Positions 24,442 through 39,407 of a DNA stretch of 64,000 nt are shown in pieces. The position numbers were made by a program, and so were the translations under genes. The notes beneath the pieces were generated by a model. It had not been told where the DNA came from. It made no database searches and saw nothing but the letters and a program-made list of their open reading frames with translations. Origin of the DNA: Octopus sinensis (Eukaryota). Every line of letters starts with the position of its first letter. Within the stretch, counting starts at the first letter, position 1. The DNA is taken from assembly GCF_006345805.1 (NCBI RefSeq), contig NC_042997.1:10106001-10170000 (forward strand). Reading direction: 5' to 3'.

Positions 24442-25080
24442 GTGTGTGTGTGTGTGTGTATGTAAGTCTGTATGTATATATATATTTGTAAAAAATGAAG
24501 TTCGAAAATGCTGCTGTATTATACAATTTTTAATTTTTATATATACATTATAACATGTTTCAGTTCCTGAAATGAACCTTATCAAAAAAAGTTATATATA
24601 AAAAGAGACAGCTCATGCCGTCAAACACAAGAAATTCATTTATAATACACAACGGAGTCAGACATCTTAGAGTTCATGTATAGTTGATATATAGTTTGAA
24701 GTATATGTTCAAAGTGTTCGATGCAGTGGCCCACGGTGGCGATACGTATTCAATACAAAAAACAGATCAAAGTGGTGGAAAGCGGTCAATACAGAAGATT
24801 GATGTTTCAGAAATAGCGAGGAATTCATTTTTACCTAAGCAATTGTGATGACCCATGGTGCAAGTTCGCTGGGTGGTTCTGTATATATATATATATATAC
24901 ATGCATACATACGCACATACATATATTCAACATATACGTGCACACACATACACAAACATACATGCATACATACATATGAATGTACCAGTGAAAACCACAA
25001 TAAAATGTAAACACAATAGACCTGATGTAATTATTTGGCAGAGAGAAGAAAATCTATGTACAGACGTATAAATCAGCTGT

Positions 25081-25360
25081 TCAGCGGACGTTAACATAAA
25101 GCTGAAGATCAGTGTAAAAGTGCATACCGACGCTGAACTACTGAGAAATCTGCAGTTACTCTATCCAGATTACAAGTTCAGGTTCATACCTGTAATTATT
25201 GGGGCGCTAGGATACGTAATACACTGCCCAAAAATACCAATCTTGAGAAATTAGGCTTCTCAAAATCAGAAAGGAGAAAACTGATTCAAAGACTAAAGAT
25301 CAAGCCATTATTGGAACTGTAAAAATCAGTAAAACTTTCCCTAAGTTTATCACTTAAGTA
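25081..25360 (+). mobile_element. R4/Dong-like endonuclease C-terminal fragment
   Basis: ADVNIKLKISVK...ELLRNLQLLYPDYKFRFIPVIIGALG, homologous to the VPVVIGALG segment at 21700-22263. Confidence 0.7.
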
Positions 25361-25439
25361 TATATGAATATATGTAGATATGCAAGTATATGATTGAGAA
25401 GACATGCATAAAACAAAGCATACAAATCTGCACGTATTC

Positions 25440-25605
25440 GTACACACATACATACATACACACATACATACATACTTACATACATACATACATACATACA
25501 TACTTACATATATACATACATACATACATACATACATACATGCATGCATACATACATACATACATACATACATACATACATACATACATACATACATACA
25601 TACAT
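25440..25605. repeat. (CATA)n microsatellite
   Basis: Direct reading. Confidence 0.95.
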
Positions 25606-25962
25606 AGAAAATATCTTGTTGGTGAAATTTCAATGAGGGAGCCTTGGATCTAGGTTAGAACTCGGATCTTTCTCTATTGGCAAGAAATCTTGAAATAAAA
25701 CTGCATAATGACATACATACATACATACAAGCGTCTGATATCTTTGCGTTCAGTTACAATAGAAAGAATTTTAAATTTAATCTTATGGGTTACTCTAAAC
25801 TTTTGAATAGTACAAATTTATTTCTCAAGCAAGAATATTATTGACAGTGACTTTGCAATTTTTAATCTTCGTCGAACTGCAATAATTGATACGCACATAT
25901 GTATGTGTGTGTATGTATGTGTGCATGTCTATGTACATAGATATGCATATATATGTGTGTGT

Positions 25963-26010
<48 letters not shown>

Positions 26011-26695
26011 GTATATATATATATACATATATATATATATCCATATATATATATATATAGATATAGATAGATATACATATATATGTATATATTTCTCTAT
26101 CTCCATACTTACCTTTAAAATTATGCAACACAATGCTCGTGATATTTCTCTGATTTAAAACGAAGGCTATCCCACGAATGTAGCATGATAAACTGGTTAT
26201 GTATTACCCACTACTGGTGATATACGAAGATTTAGGACCACATTTTTTACGGACACAGCCGTAAGGGAAAGCGAAATCGGAAAGAAACTCAGTTGGATAA
26301 ATAATGTTTCTGGTCCATTTCCAAAATGAGAAGAAAAAGAAAACGAAATATTTTTCACTTCCCACTAACTTTATTTTACACCAAAAATGTTGATACTTAA
26401 TCAGCGAACAACTTTTATAAAAAGAGTTGGGTGGGGCAGGTAGGACATAAAGACATATAATAATCCAACTCATGTAATAATCATATAATAATCCAAAATA
26501 TAACAATCCAGAATATAAAATATATAAAACATAATAATCCAAAATATAAAATGAAATGAATCCATTTTGGCTTTGAAAGATACAAAAACACTCAAAGATA
26601 GCAGATACCAAGACAAAAGTGTACGAAAACACAGGACTTCCATACCAACCTTAAATCATACTTCAATGGGCTACATTAACATATAAAGAATGAAA

Positions 26696-27030
26696 AAACA
26701 AAGTCATTGGGGAGGCGATGCATACCCCGTGTGCACACAAGGATAAATTAAAATTTAATATTTTCTCAGACGAATTCATATTTCAACAAAATGACATCAA
26801 GAGTTATTTCTTTGCTTATCGTTTATGCATATATAAACAAAGAAGAAAAAGAACATTTTGAATCACCCGTCCGCCAGTTTTGAAGATAATCAAACCAAAA
26901 TAATGAGTTGGAGCCACTCACCCAATGAGTATTTCTGCCAAATTTGGTGAAAATCTGTTCAGCCGTTTTCCGGTAATTTTGCAAACACACAGACAACGTG
27001 ACAAAGACGAATGACTACAATATGTATTAT
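26696..27030 (+). mobile_element. possible Helentron-associated non-autonomous element
   Basis: CCAAATTTGGTGAAAATCTGTTCAGCCGTTTT...ACACACAGACAAC resembles subterminal motifs of DINE/HINE-type elements; from recall only. Confidence 0.3.
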
Positions 27031-27929
27031 TGTTTTTCCCCTTTTTATCGCTAACTCTCCTCACTACGTGATGAAGAACGACGGCTATTATTTTGATATA
27101 ACTCCATGCATTGAGAATCTCTTACTCTCTAGTTATAGCGCAGACATATACAGAAATAGGTGTTTATGAATATTGAAATAGAAGAAATATGAAATAAATT
27201 TAATTGCATAAACATTAAGTTCTGAGACACTTGAGAAACAAAAATGAAATAATTTTTCATTTATTTATTTATTTGCTTGTCTCCTTTTCTCGAGAAAGGA
27301 AATGCCAATCAACGAACCGATTTTCATACAAACAAACATACAGACACACACTCAAGTTCAGACACAAACACATAAATACAAATATACACATTGAAGTGTG
27401 TATATGTAATAGTCACATGATGCTATTTTCTTATGATTTTAAGTGTAAATCTTTCATTTAACTGAATGTAAAACAGATGAGGTAAATTTGCACCGATCGA
27501 AGGAAAAGTGGGGCAGGTTATATTTCGTACATAAAACCTGATACTCTAGCTACATATATTCGCACACCATGGACTCACATCTGTACACGCACATACACGA
27601 ACACATATTCGTACATGCTCATACACAGAAACACACAGAAATATACTCACACACATATGCACATATATGTTTATATACTCATATATTTGGACCTCGGTCG
27701 GTTGTTGAGTCAAATGAATTGCCTATTCCTTAAACTAGTATATAAGCAGCGGAACATTCTATAAATAAGTGACCCTTTAAAATATTTCTCAGATGGAAAT
27801 GGAAACAGCGTGAATCAGAATAGGGAGGATGAACCCTTAAATTACAGATATTATTCATCAAACGATCTTTCACACATACTCCATGCTCACATTTTCATTC
27901 ACAAGTCTCTTATGACATGATGTTATGGT

Positions 27930-28232
27930 TGTTTGTTCCTTCTCGAGGCACGTCTGGCTCATTAGGGCCTGTTTCCCGGTTTCCTTGGCGTATAGGTTCC
28001 CCACCTGGACAGGATGCCGGTCCATCGCAGGTGAGCTGCAAGATGCAGGAGGAAAGAGTGAGAGAATGTTGTGACGAAAGAGTCAGCAGAAGTTTGCCAT
28101 TAGCTTCTGCCGGAGCCGCGTGGAGCATAGGTGTTTCGCTCATAAGCACACACATCGCCCGGTCTGAGATTCGAACCCGCGATCCCTCGACCACGAGTCC
28201 GCTGCTCTAATCCCTAGGCCATGTGCCTCCAC
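27930..28232 (-). mobile_element. tRNA-derived SINE, head type 1 + tail type B, 12-bp TSD
   Basis: TSD TGATGTTATGGT at 27918-27929 and 28233-28244; reverse complement similar to 17313-17630. Confidence 0.88.
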
Positions 28233-28319
28233 TGATGTTATGGTAACATATGCTATATTCTCACTCCGATATATTGTCTCATGAAGTCCTGAAGTGGGAC
28301 AGATATTCAAAGCATGCAA

Positions 28320-28610
28320 ACCTAAGTTATTCAGTTCATGTTCGTAAGGTCATAAGTTCGATTCCAGGCAGTGCCTTTGGTGCTTAAGCAAGACACTTTA
28401 TTTCATGTTACTCCAGTGAACTCAGCTGGCACGAATGAGTAGTACCTTTACTTTAGAGGGCCATCCTTGTCATATTATATGTCGCACCTGAATCACCCAG
28501 TGAACGCGTATCTGCGGAGTGCTCAGCCACTAGTACGTTTATTTTCTCGAGCAGGTTGTTCGGCTGATCAGATCAACTGCAACCCTCATCGTCGTAACCG
28601 ACGGAGAGGC
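28320..28610 (+). mobile_element. SINE, head type 2 + tail type A
   Basis: GTTCGATTCCAGG...AGCAAGACACTTTATTTCATGTTACTCCAGT core; tail GGAGTGCTCAGCCAC...TCGTCGTAACCGACGGAG. Confidence 0.7.
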
Positions 28611-28789
28611 TGATGCAACCACCTTGAAGTATCTTAAACACCACTGTTATTCATTATGAATCAATTATGAGATCGCAGTAGCGTGGAAACCCGAGTTGCG
28701 ATTCAAAAATCTAGTTTCAATAAACTATGTGTTTGTATATGTGTGTATGTGTGTGCGTGAATGTGTGCGAGTGTGTGTATATATATATG

Positions 28790-28821
<32 letters not shown>

Positions 28822-29401
28822 TGTATGTATGTATGTATGTATATATATATATATATATACGTATATGTTTGTATGTAGGTAGGTATGCCTATGTATATAT
28901 GCATTTACATGCATCTATTTACATACACATGTATGAACATGTAGGTATATATATGCATATATGCATTTACATGTGCATGTGAAAGCCTACGTATATGTAT
29001 ATTTGTGCATGTATGTGTCTGTATTATATTGTGTGTATTTATAAATATTTTTTTCAATAAATTGGTAGTGTTTTCTATGCAAGTATACGTGTTATTTTTT
29101 AATGAAATAAATTTTTCGTTGTGTTTAAAAACGAAAAATACAAATTGGGAAATTAGGGTCTATTCACAGATTTTTTTTTAATTTTCATTTTTAACACTTT
29201 TATTGAATGCATTAGCACTTAAATAGGGTACACACATGTGCACACGCGCACACACACACACACACACACATATATGTATGTATATGTATGTAAGTGTGTA
29301 TATATTAATACATGCACATCTATATAAGTATATCTGGTTGTGGGTATGTGCATATACGTATGTATGTATGCATATGTAGATAGATAGATAGCTAGATAGA
29401 T

Positions 29402-29456
<55 letters not shown>

Positions 29457-29508
29457 CAGACAGAGGTATATATATATATATATATATAATATATATATTA
29501 TATAATAT

Positions 29509-29554
<46 letters not shown>

Positions 29555-30114
29555 GAAAGAGCGAGAGAGAGACGTGCATATACATATTTCTTTTACTTGT
29601 TATTAAATAGTTTATTTTAAGCGGATTAATGCGACCTAACACTGCAATCACGTGGCCTCCGAAATTTTTCCTAAAATAATGTTTCTGGGATATTATTGAG
29701 CAACTAACTCACCAGGAGCAAGATTAATGTAGAATCTTTTAAAGAGAAGAGAGCAAAAAATAAATGGAAATTTAAAGTAAAGGAAAACTGAAAAAATAAA
29801 ACAGACAATAGCTAAATGAATCTCAAATGCATTTTTATTGTACGTAGGCAATACGTTGTACACACACGTATACAAACACACACACATAAAGATGTAGGTG
29901 GGTGTGAGTGCATGTGTGTGTTCATTTGCTCGTTTACTTTTTATTACTGACTGCTTCACGTGCTAGTTAACTGATTTGAGCAATTTTAGGAGAAAATCAA
30001 TTACTAAACATAAAATCTTTATTGGTGAGTGTAACTACTCATACATACACACATTGACAGAGAGAAAGTGTGTGTGTGCATGTGTGCATTCGTGTTGTGT
30101 GCGTGTCCGTTTAC

Positions 30115-30161
<47 letters not shown>

Positions 30162-31086
30162 AAAGAGAGTAATGGAGAGAAAAGAGTTAATGCATGCGTG
30201 TCTGTCTGTTGTGTGTCTCTGTTCGTGCTTGTGTGAGAGAGATGAAATAACAGGTGTGAGAAAACGAAGTTCATTGTGAAAGAATACCTCAGCACATACA
30301 CAAAAAGAAAGTAGTATTTCATTTTGCCATGAAACCTGAGAATTCTTTTACAAACAATCGCATCAAACGTCATTGATAAACACACAAATTTAATCGAAAG
30401 CTGCTGAATTCCATTATACATGTTCAGATTACCCTCTCAGCACTTTCGTCTCTATTTCTTTATATTCTTACATCCAATGTATGTTCTTTTGTGGCTGTTG
30501 TTGATTTTGGTTTTGGCAACGGAGGTGGTTAGCCTTAGGTCAACTCTTGGAAGAAAAAAAAGATTAAAGATATAAAGTATATTCCTGCTATGTCCATTTC
30601 TTCCCTTTACCTCGGATATAGTGTATCTAAGATAGTATTATCTAATATTTCGTTGTTGTACTTTATTTTTGACATGTGAACTGATCTGAGATAGAGCATC
30701 GAACCTGACGGAATTACAATGTGGAAGCATCATGTGAACCATTTAAAACACAACTGAGCTGTAGTATGTATAATGTATGTATAAAATTTCTCTACACATC
30801 ATCGACTTGATTACTGGCACATGAGGATGTGAAATTAATGATGAAAGTAATCAATATAACATCATTTGTTTAGACGATGAGAAATAATTTGTGAGATTTT
30901 TTCTTTCCATCATGTTGAGTGGCCATGTAGATTTCTCATTGGCTTCAATTATATTTTATACTAAACATTGTGAGTCTTTTCGTGCGATCCCTACACAAAA
31001 CTCTGATCTTAAATGTCTGCACAGAAATTACATTTCAAACATTCCATCACCCTTAAGTTAAGCATCTTATTGCTTACCTCCATTTC

Positions 31087-31278
31087 CTTCTTCTTCTTCT
31101 TCTTCTTCTTCTTCTTCTTCTTCTTCTTCTTCTTCTTCTTCTTCTTCTTCTTCTTCTTCTTTTTTCTTCTTCTTCTTCTTCTTCTCTTCTTCTTCTTCTT
31201 CTTCTTCTTCTTCTTCTTCTTCTTCTTCTTCTTCTTCTTCTTCTTCTTCTTCTTCTTCTTCTTTTTTTCTTCTTCTTC
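31087..31278. repeat. long (TTC/GAA)n trinucleotide tract
   Basis: About 190 bp with few interruptions. Confidence 0.95.
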
Positions 31279-33493
31279 AAGATCTGTGGATGCGACTTAT
31301 TTAATATCGTTTGTAACAACACATTACATTGCGGCTGATATTGCTTTTCGTATCTCCATTATACTATGTTTGGATATCAAATAACATCTGCGTAAAATAT
31401 GTCACTCTAGAAAAAGTGCCTTCATGAAAGTATGCGTTACTGAGGGGATGACAAATTTGTCTTTAACAAAGCAATGATGGAGTCTCATGATAGATTGTTA
31501 TACCATACGAATTTCTGAGAATCTCTCATATGACATGTTTTTAACATTACTTTACCTACAACCTAATGACTGAGCTCCTTTTTAGAGACAGGAAATATTT
31601 CAAGTTTGATCCGTTGCTGACATATATCACGGTACCATTTACATATCTGACATAGTGTTATTGCTTAACACAAATGCAAATGATGAACATTCGGCTCATA
31701 GGTAAAGGTCCATTCACCAGCATCTATTTCTAAATCAGTTTTCCTTTAGTCCACTCTATTAGCTAATAAAATTTCTCACCCAACCAGGAAAGCACTAAAT
31801 GTACAGGTCTATTTTCCTATCGTCAATAGTAACTGTAATTCTATGGAATTACTACTCAACATTTTTTCATGTAGATATCGACCTCCATATATTCATAGCA
31901 ATCATCAACCACAACTATGTCTAAAGCATGTGAGTGAGAGCAAACGTCATGAATACTGTCCCCTCGTTTTTTACTTTATTCATGGAAGCCTGAATATTTT
32001 AAGATCTAAAATGTTTATTGCTCAAGTTTGTATGTGAAATTCCGATTTTTTGCAAATATTAAAGGATATTTTCTAGCTCTACGTGCTTTAGCCTATCATT
32101 AAATTGTGGTACTGTATGTCATATATAGACTATGTAGCCAGATATTGGTTCATCTCATGTATTTTTCGTGGGAAGTGATTCGTTACTGCGACAGCTATAT
32201 ATATTAGCCCAATTGTACATATCGTACATATTTCTAATTAAGAATTTGGGAAGTATTTCTCATGTTCGATTGAGTGTTCGGTAAAACAGAATATATATAT
32301 TTTTTTACCACATTAGGGTAGGACATCCACCGAAATAGAGCCTTTAACATTCTATAACTAATCATTTTAACTGTATATTGCTGCCATTCATCTTCAGTAT
32401 TTATATATACTTGAAAAGAACAGCTATGTTCAGTTTATTTCGACAGCAGAAGCTGAAGACACGTTGGAAAGGATTTTGAATATGTTTTCTGTCAATCGAA
32501 TATAAGTTGTATTCGTGATTATGCTTGCTGTTACTTTAGCACAGTATGCAAACCTTCAATTGGATATTCATTTTTAAGTGGACAGTTGCACAAGATGTTA
32601 TTGCGTTTGTTAAGAGAACGATTATATAAAACCATTAAATAGCTATCTACACGTACCTGACACGAGGTGCAAAATGATTTGATGGAATTTGGATTAACTA
32701 AATATTCGAGTAAGTTGTCTGTCACGTGATTCACTGATTTTGCATGCTTTAAAGTAGACATGAGTACTTCATGCTACAATATTCTTTCGTATTATGTAGC
32801 AAATTTGAATAGACTAATACTCCCCATAGAAACAACTGAAAAGTATTACTGAAAAGTATTACTATCATATAAAAATACTATTACTAGCGGGCATTTCAGT
32901 GACAGATTTCGTATAATAGCCTACAAATACCTTGCTACGCCCTAACTCCTGATTTCGAACCACGCTAGGGCCAATTAAATTAAAATACTACGCATTTCTA
33001 GGTCGATTAGGTGACGTTTACTAAACTTGCTATATAAACCGGTAATACACGATTATGATCATATCTACAAACATTATTTTTACAGAGAAGTAAAACATAT
33101 ACAGGAGTGTTGTTTCAAGCTGACTTTCACAGAGATGAACATTAGTTTCACCTTTCCATTTTCATAATTGTAAAATATGGACCAGGACACATAAAGCCGA
33201 TACTCCCGTCTGCATTGCTACCGCAAAATGTTTAAGATTTTCCAGGAAGTGATAAATCTTAATATGGAGTCGCTACACGTACGAATACGTTTGAACATGT
33301 ATACAAGATTACATACACATTGTCAGACATATATACGCGCATCCTCCTACACAGACACACATGTACACTCATACTCATACACACATACACACATACGCAT
33401 ACACATACATCTCTCTCTCTCTCTCTCTGTCTTTATATATACACACACAGATATATATATACATACATGTGTATGTGCGTAGTTCGTCTATAA

Positions 33494-34430
33494 GTGAGGG
33501 TGGATAATGTCTTTCAGTTAGTGTTGTTCGATGTTATCAAATTTTACACCAACATCTCACATGACTATGGAATAAAAGCAATCAAATTCTGGTCGGAAAA
33601 GTATCCCGAATTACTTCCTGAACGCATAAATCAGTTCTTTATTATTGAATGTTTAAAATTTGTACTTCAGATCAATTACTTCTTCTTTGATGACACCTAT
33701 TATCGTCAAAAATGTGGAATTGCGATGGGAACGAAAGCAACTCCTGGTCTTGCGAACGTGATAATGGGTTATTTGAATTCATCATATATGAAGTGTCATT
33801 GCAAAAATATGGTTATCCATTCCACCGTTATATAAGAGAAAACTGGAAAAGATACCAGGATGACTGTTTTAACATTTGGAAGGAGAACATTGGTAAACGT
33901 TTGGTATTCAAATCAACACTAAATGATATAAACAGTAACATTCAATTCACAATGGAATATAGCAAACAACAGGTCCCATTTTGGTATATTATGATTAAAA
34001 AGGTCAACAACCGAATTATAACTGACATCTATGATAAACCAACGGACTCAGAGCAATATTTTCTTTTTAGCTCATGCCACCCGAAACACATCAAAATAAA
34101 TATTCCTTTTAATTTGGTAAAAGGGTTTGCACAGTAGTGTCTGACAGAACTACTCGGAACTTTTGTCTTCTAAACCTCAGAACAACACTAACTGAAAGAC
34201 AATATCCACCCTCACTTATAGACGATGGAATTAAGCGTGCCAAGGACAACAAAACATAACACCACTCCTCATGTCAAAACACTACTGTATATATCAACTC
34301 ACAACCCTAGAAACAACGAGGCATACAACACTATTGCGCAAAATCTTCCTTTACTAACTAGAGACTCGAAAATGAATAACATCCTGGAAGCACATAAATT
34401 CTTAAAATGCAAAAAGCAACTCAAATCATA
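33494..34430 (+). mobile_element. Penelope-like reverse transcriptase relic (frameshifted)
   Basis: LFDVIKFYTNISH, YYRQKCGIAMGTK, WKRYQDDCF, IQFTME, TDIYDKPTD..YFLFSSCHPKH are PLE RT motifs. Confidence 0.9.
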
Positions 34431-35489
34431 GTGTATGAAATCATTAAGGAATTTGAAGAAATCAGAGCTGATGTTTTGAATTTAGGTCTACAAGAATTTG
34501 GTGGAAGCGTCGCCATTTGTATAATTGTTTTAATTCTTAATTATATTGTGAATTGATATTTGTTATTTAGTGTATTTATTTACCTAATGATCTAAAATCT
34601 ATGTAACACATTTTGATGTGTTAATATAATCACAATCTAGCTCTTATATATTAAGATATACTATTTCCTAATATACATTGGATTTGTTAGTTTAGCTCAT
34701 TTATTAGTCTGTTTGAAAGTGCTTCATACAGTTGATTATAAAACAGGGCAAAGATATAACGCATATATACGATGGGTAACATTAATGAAAGATTCTAAAT
34801 TGTTTCATTCTGGGTTCCTCAATTATAACGGCTACTGTGTGAAACATTTGATTGTTTAATGACAGATGCTGGGGTTATTCTATTAGTAGCCTTTTTATTA
34901 TATTAATTACTTAAGTAAATGCGTGGGAACGTAATTCTAAGTGACCGATTATAATTAATGTGGCATTAGTTAGTTTCTGTTCTTTTATGTATCGATGTTA
35001 TAAAGCGCTGATAGACGTTGCTGTACCGTTATGATTCATCGACCTAACGTACTATTTTGCAATTATATCAAACGGGCATTTATATAATTAATGTTGTTAT
35101 AAGTTAGGTGTCAGATGAATATTTTAAATTATATTGTGTTAAGCTCAAAAACAAATAGATCGTGCAAGATGAACAAAATGCGGGAGACGAAGACTAACAA
35201 TTAGGAAGAGGAGGAACAGGTTGAGAGTGACAGAGGGTAGAGAAAGAAAGCGAAAAGAAGAAAGAGAGAGACGGCATAGTAGAGAGAGAGAGAGTAGAGA
35301 ATAGAAAAATGTGGATGCAAATAGCAGGGAGACACTCGCACGGAGAACATAAAATGATTGATGGGAGTCTCTCGTAGTCTGAGAGTGACGGTTTTGAAAA
35401 TTCTTACCGAACAGCCTACACGAAGACGGCCCATGAGTGTTCAGCTTTTGTCGAACAACCTACACAAATGATTTGTATATAATGATTAA

Positions 35490-35690
35490 ATGCTTGTGCT
35501 GTATCCCGCCATCAAGTCGGTATAGTTGAACAGGTACGCGATATGCCACACGTCAGGTATCGCAGTGGTCGGAGACCAACCTGAGATTAAGTGTTTTAGC
35601 ACAAGGTTACATCCGGTCTAGGAATTGAAACCACGATTTCGCGATTGCGAGTGTAGGCACCGTGACTGCTAGGCCACCACGCGTCTACAT
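35490..35690 (-). mobile_element. tRNA-headed SINE, diverged
   Basis: Minus: GACGCGTGGTGGCCTAG...GTGGTTTCAATTCCTAGACCGG head. Confidence 0.45.
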
Positions 35691-35741
35691 ATAAATTCAT
35701 TAATATTAAGCAAAAGACTGTCTTGTGTTACGATCAAAATA

Positions 35742-35891
35742 TATTTCTTTATTGCCCACAAGGGGCTAAACATAGAGGGGACAAACAAGGACAGACAAAG
35801 GGATTAAGTCGATTAGATCGACCCCAGTGCGTAACTGGTACTTAATTTATCGACCCCCGAAAGGATGAAAGGCAAAGTCGACCTCGGCGGA
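35742..35891 (-). mobile_element. 5'-truncated SINE (GTCGACTTTGCC family)
   Basis: Matches the 3' half of 37717-37950. Confidence 0.85.
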
Positions 35892-36757
35892 AGATCAAAT
35901 AGAAGAAATATTAAGCTGAGTCTATCTGATGATTAGCTTAAAGTAGTTCAATTGATGAAAAAATGGAATACTCATTGATTGTATAGAAAGAAATCTATTT
36001 AAGCATAGACATGCGCGCACGTGTGTATGTGTGTGTGCGTGCGTGTATGCGTGCATTTGTGTGTGTGTGTTTGTGTACAATTATATAAACACTAACGAAA
36101 TACGTATACTAAAATATATGCGTACGTATGTGGTTAACATATTTTCACTGTAACGCCGCAGCTTAGTTAAATCTTCAAATAGGGAAAGGCTAGTCTCTAA
36201 CTCATAAACAGAGCTCCATAATCGGACTTTGGATAACAATAATAGTAAAGTGTAGCATACTGAATTTGAAAACATTGTGCTTATTCTCACCGTTTAGTTT
36301 GTAGATTTAATTTATAGTTTGATTTAAATAGGCTCTTTGTCTAAAACTTCCAGCTCTTTTAGACTTATTACTTAAAACATTGTAGCATAAATCAGTGGAC
36401 CAATGATTTAGCTACAGATGTAAATTCATAACCTGGGTAAAGAACACATAGGTTTCTTATGTAGTTGACCATAAATGTTCTTTTCTCACTAATTTTCAAT
36501 GAAATATGAACATCCGCTTAGAAACTGACCTATGCAACTGAACGTGACTTTAATTTCCTGTCCAAAACAGCCATTTCAGGACTGCGTTCTTTGAATACAT
36601 GGATGCAAGAATGTATGTATAAATATGTCTTTCACTCTATATCTTCCTCACTTTCTCACTCTCTCCTCTCCTTCACTCTCTTTCTTCCTCTCTCTCTCCT
36701 TCTCTCTCTTTCTTCCTCTCTCTCTGTCCCTATCGCTTTCTCTCTCTTCACTCTCTC

Positions 36758-36792
<35 letters not shown>

Positions 36793-37716
36793 TTTAATGT
36801 AGTAACACAAGAATGCTAAATGCAGTTAGATAGGTGTAGACTCTGAATATATGTTCTTATACTTGCATACGTAAAGCACCTGAGATTCAGGCAGTGTGTT
36901 TATTACCAACGTCAGCTTTAAATGGCTGACTGAAACACGGAGGTAAAGTTTACAGTACTCCAGGTACTTAAAATACCTATCATTGAACTTGTTTTTAGAA
37001 ATTACCATTAACTAGCATGTTTACTGGGAGGAGAAGATGGTCGAGACGTAAGATATAAAGAGGAGGAATAGGTGGGGTAAACTGCGTTTCCCACTGGTGG
37101 CGGGCAGTCAAGTGTTTACGGCTCGTGCCTGAGTGAGACCTATGGAACTCAAAGCTTAACAGGAATCAGCGGAAAACGAGTCATCAAAACAGGGGGACTG
37201 CTGAGAACCTAGTTCGATGGCTCTGACTGAAAATAGAGGATCCGGAGTGTCAGTAAAATGCTTCACAAAGTCATAGGTTTGGTTGACCTAGGTCGAGTCG
37301 CCTAGATGGGAGTAAATGGAGTAACACCCAAAATACCCAGTGACCCAAGGATACAGCATTAAGGATGTGTTCAAGTATTGCATATATATTTAATTAGCAT
37401 ACTATGATCAGTACATATTGGAAACTTTACAGTGGAGGACATAATCGTTCAGGTTCTTGATCTGAATTGATGTTGTTGTTTAGTCCCTGGTCAGTTCTCA
37501 TAGGACAAACCTATGATGAAAACATTCCAGTTGATACCTTCCTGACTTCATTTCTGACATAGATATGCATATTGTTTGTAAGGCATGTTAGACAATATAT
37601 CTTGTAGGTTTTTTTTAAAACAGATGAAGTTTTAGGATTGTTGCTACCACTTTCAGCGAATACATAATGGCTCGTTATTAGCTACATTATATTGTATCGG
37701 GCTCGTGTTTCTATAC

Positions 37717-37950
37717 ATATTTCTTTACTACCCACAAGGGGCTAAACGCAGAGGGAACAAACAAGGACAGACAAACGGATTAAGTCGATTACATCAACCC
37801 CAGTGCGTAACTGGTACTTATTTAATCGACCCCGAAAGGATGAAAGGCAAAGTCGACTTCGGCGGAATCTGAACTCAGAACGTAACGGCAGATGAAATAC
37901 TGCTAAGCATTTCGTCCGGCGTGCTAACGTTTCTGCCAGCTCGCCGCCTT
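37717..37950 (-). mobile_element. full-length SINE (GTCGACTTTGCC family) with 14-bp TSD
   Basis: TSD TCGTGTTTCTATAC at 37703-37716 and 37951-37964. Confidence 0.9.
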
Positions 37951-39056
37951 TCGTGTTTCTATACCTTTAATCGTTGTCTAGCAAATGAGTCTCATATCAT
38001 ACTTGGATCGACGAATTCAAATGTTATCTCACTCGTGTACATTCGTGATCCCCTAACAGTATTCATTCGTACAACGAGTTAAGATTTACCGAATTAACAG
38101 AGAAATCGATATTTTGGCGATCGGTTTTGCTAACGATCCTTTATGATCTTACTTCGAATACCGCCAAATTAGACATTCGGTATACTGCGTTAGAAACTTT
38201 TAGTAGCATTTAATTACTTGTATCGAAATGATCGAATCTTTCTCCTCACTTAAGTTGCGGGTTAATATCTAAGCAAGAAACTTTTCTTTATAAGCACAGA
38301 AACATAGAAACTTCAAATGCGCAGATGAAATCGAATATCCTACAAAGAATGAAAGAATACCTTTAACTTTATCTGGCTCATGCACAATAGAGGAGCATAC
38401 AATCCCTGCACGCCTTTGTCAGTTTGAAATAAATTTCTCATTCAAATAAAGCTTACAGAGAAGAATCGAATGAAAACATAAGTATTGACTCAGCTTGGGA
38501 TCTACCACAGGATTTTAAATACAGCAGAACCTATTTCTTTCATAACCTATGCGTCCTTGAAAACATTTATATCATATTTCTTGTTTTTTTTTTGGGGGGG
38601 AAATCTACATTCATGAAATCGGTTCCTAACCACTTTACCAGTCAAGCTGCTGTAAGTTCAAAGAGCAATATTACTCTCGCTTAAAGCTTTAACAAAATCG
38701 ATAAAAATTTCGAAGGGTAATTGACACTAAAGAGACAACTATTATGTATTATTAATCCACATGTAGCTATTTTGGGATAAATTTGTGAAATTATGATTTT
38801 GGTAGAACATGCTAAATTCTTACAGCACGAATAGCTTACTTAAACTGTATTTCTAATATAAAACTCAATACCTATTGTTAAATGGGAAATGGAAAGAATC
38901 TAAATTTCAGAAATCTTTGACAATATGGGTTTGTATATTTCGATTATATACTGGATTACTCCATTGAATATTTCGCGTCTATTTCTGCGCCTGAAAATTT
39001 TGGTACTAAATTTTATTCTTGAAATCAATATGACAAAATTACTGGTTCTAATAATC

Positions 39057-39262
39057 CTTTCTACTAGAGGCACAAGGCCTGCAATTTTGGGGGAGGAGAC
39101 CAGTCGATTACATTGACACCAGTGTTTCATTGGTACTTAATTTATCGACTGCGAAAGGATGAAAGGCAAAGTCGACCTCGGCAGAATTTGAACTCAGAAC
39201 GTAAAGACGAATGAAATGCCGCTAAGCCCGGCGTGCTAACGATTTTTCCAGCTGACCGCCCT
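39057..39262 (-). mobile_element. SINE (GTCGACTTTGCC family)
   Basis: Reverse complement similar to 21231-21440. Confidence 0.8.
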
Positions 39263-39407
39263 GTTACGCATTATAATAATAAATGCATTATTGAATAATG
39301 CATCATCTGAAGACAATAAGGCTACACGGTCATCAAAATTAGGACGCAAATTACTTAGAAAAATAATAGGGTGTGTCGAATTTATATTTATCTGTAATAT
39401 TTTCTCG

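Noticed and set aside
31013-31384. Poly-Phe and poly-Arg/Glu ORFs
   Set aside because: Translation of the (TTC)n tract.
37050-37350. GC-richer block resembling a LINE 5' UTR, possible HDV-like ribozyme
   Set aside because: No nested double-pseudoknot could be built by eye; needs a covariance-model search.
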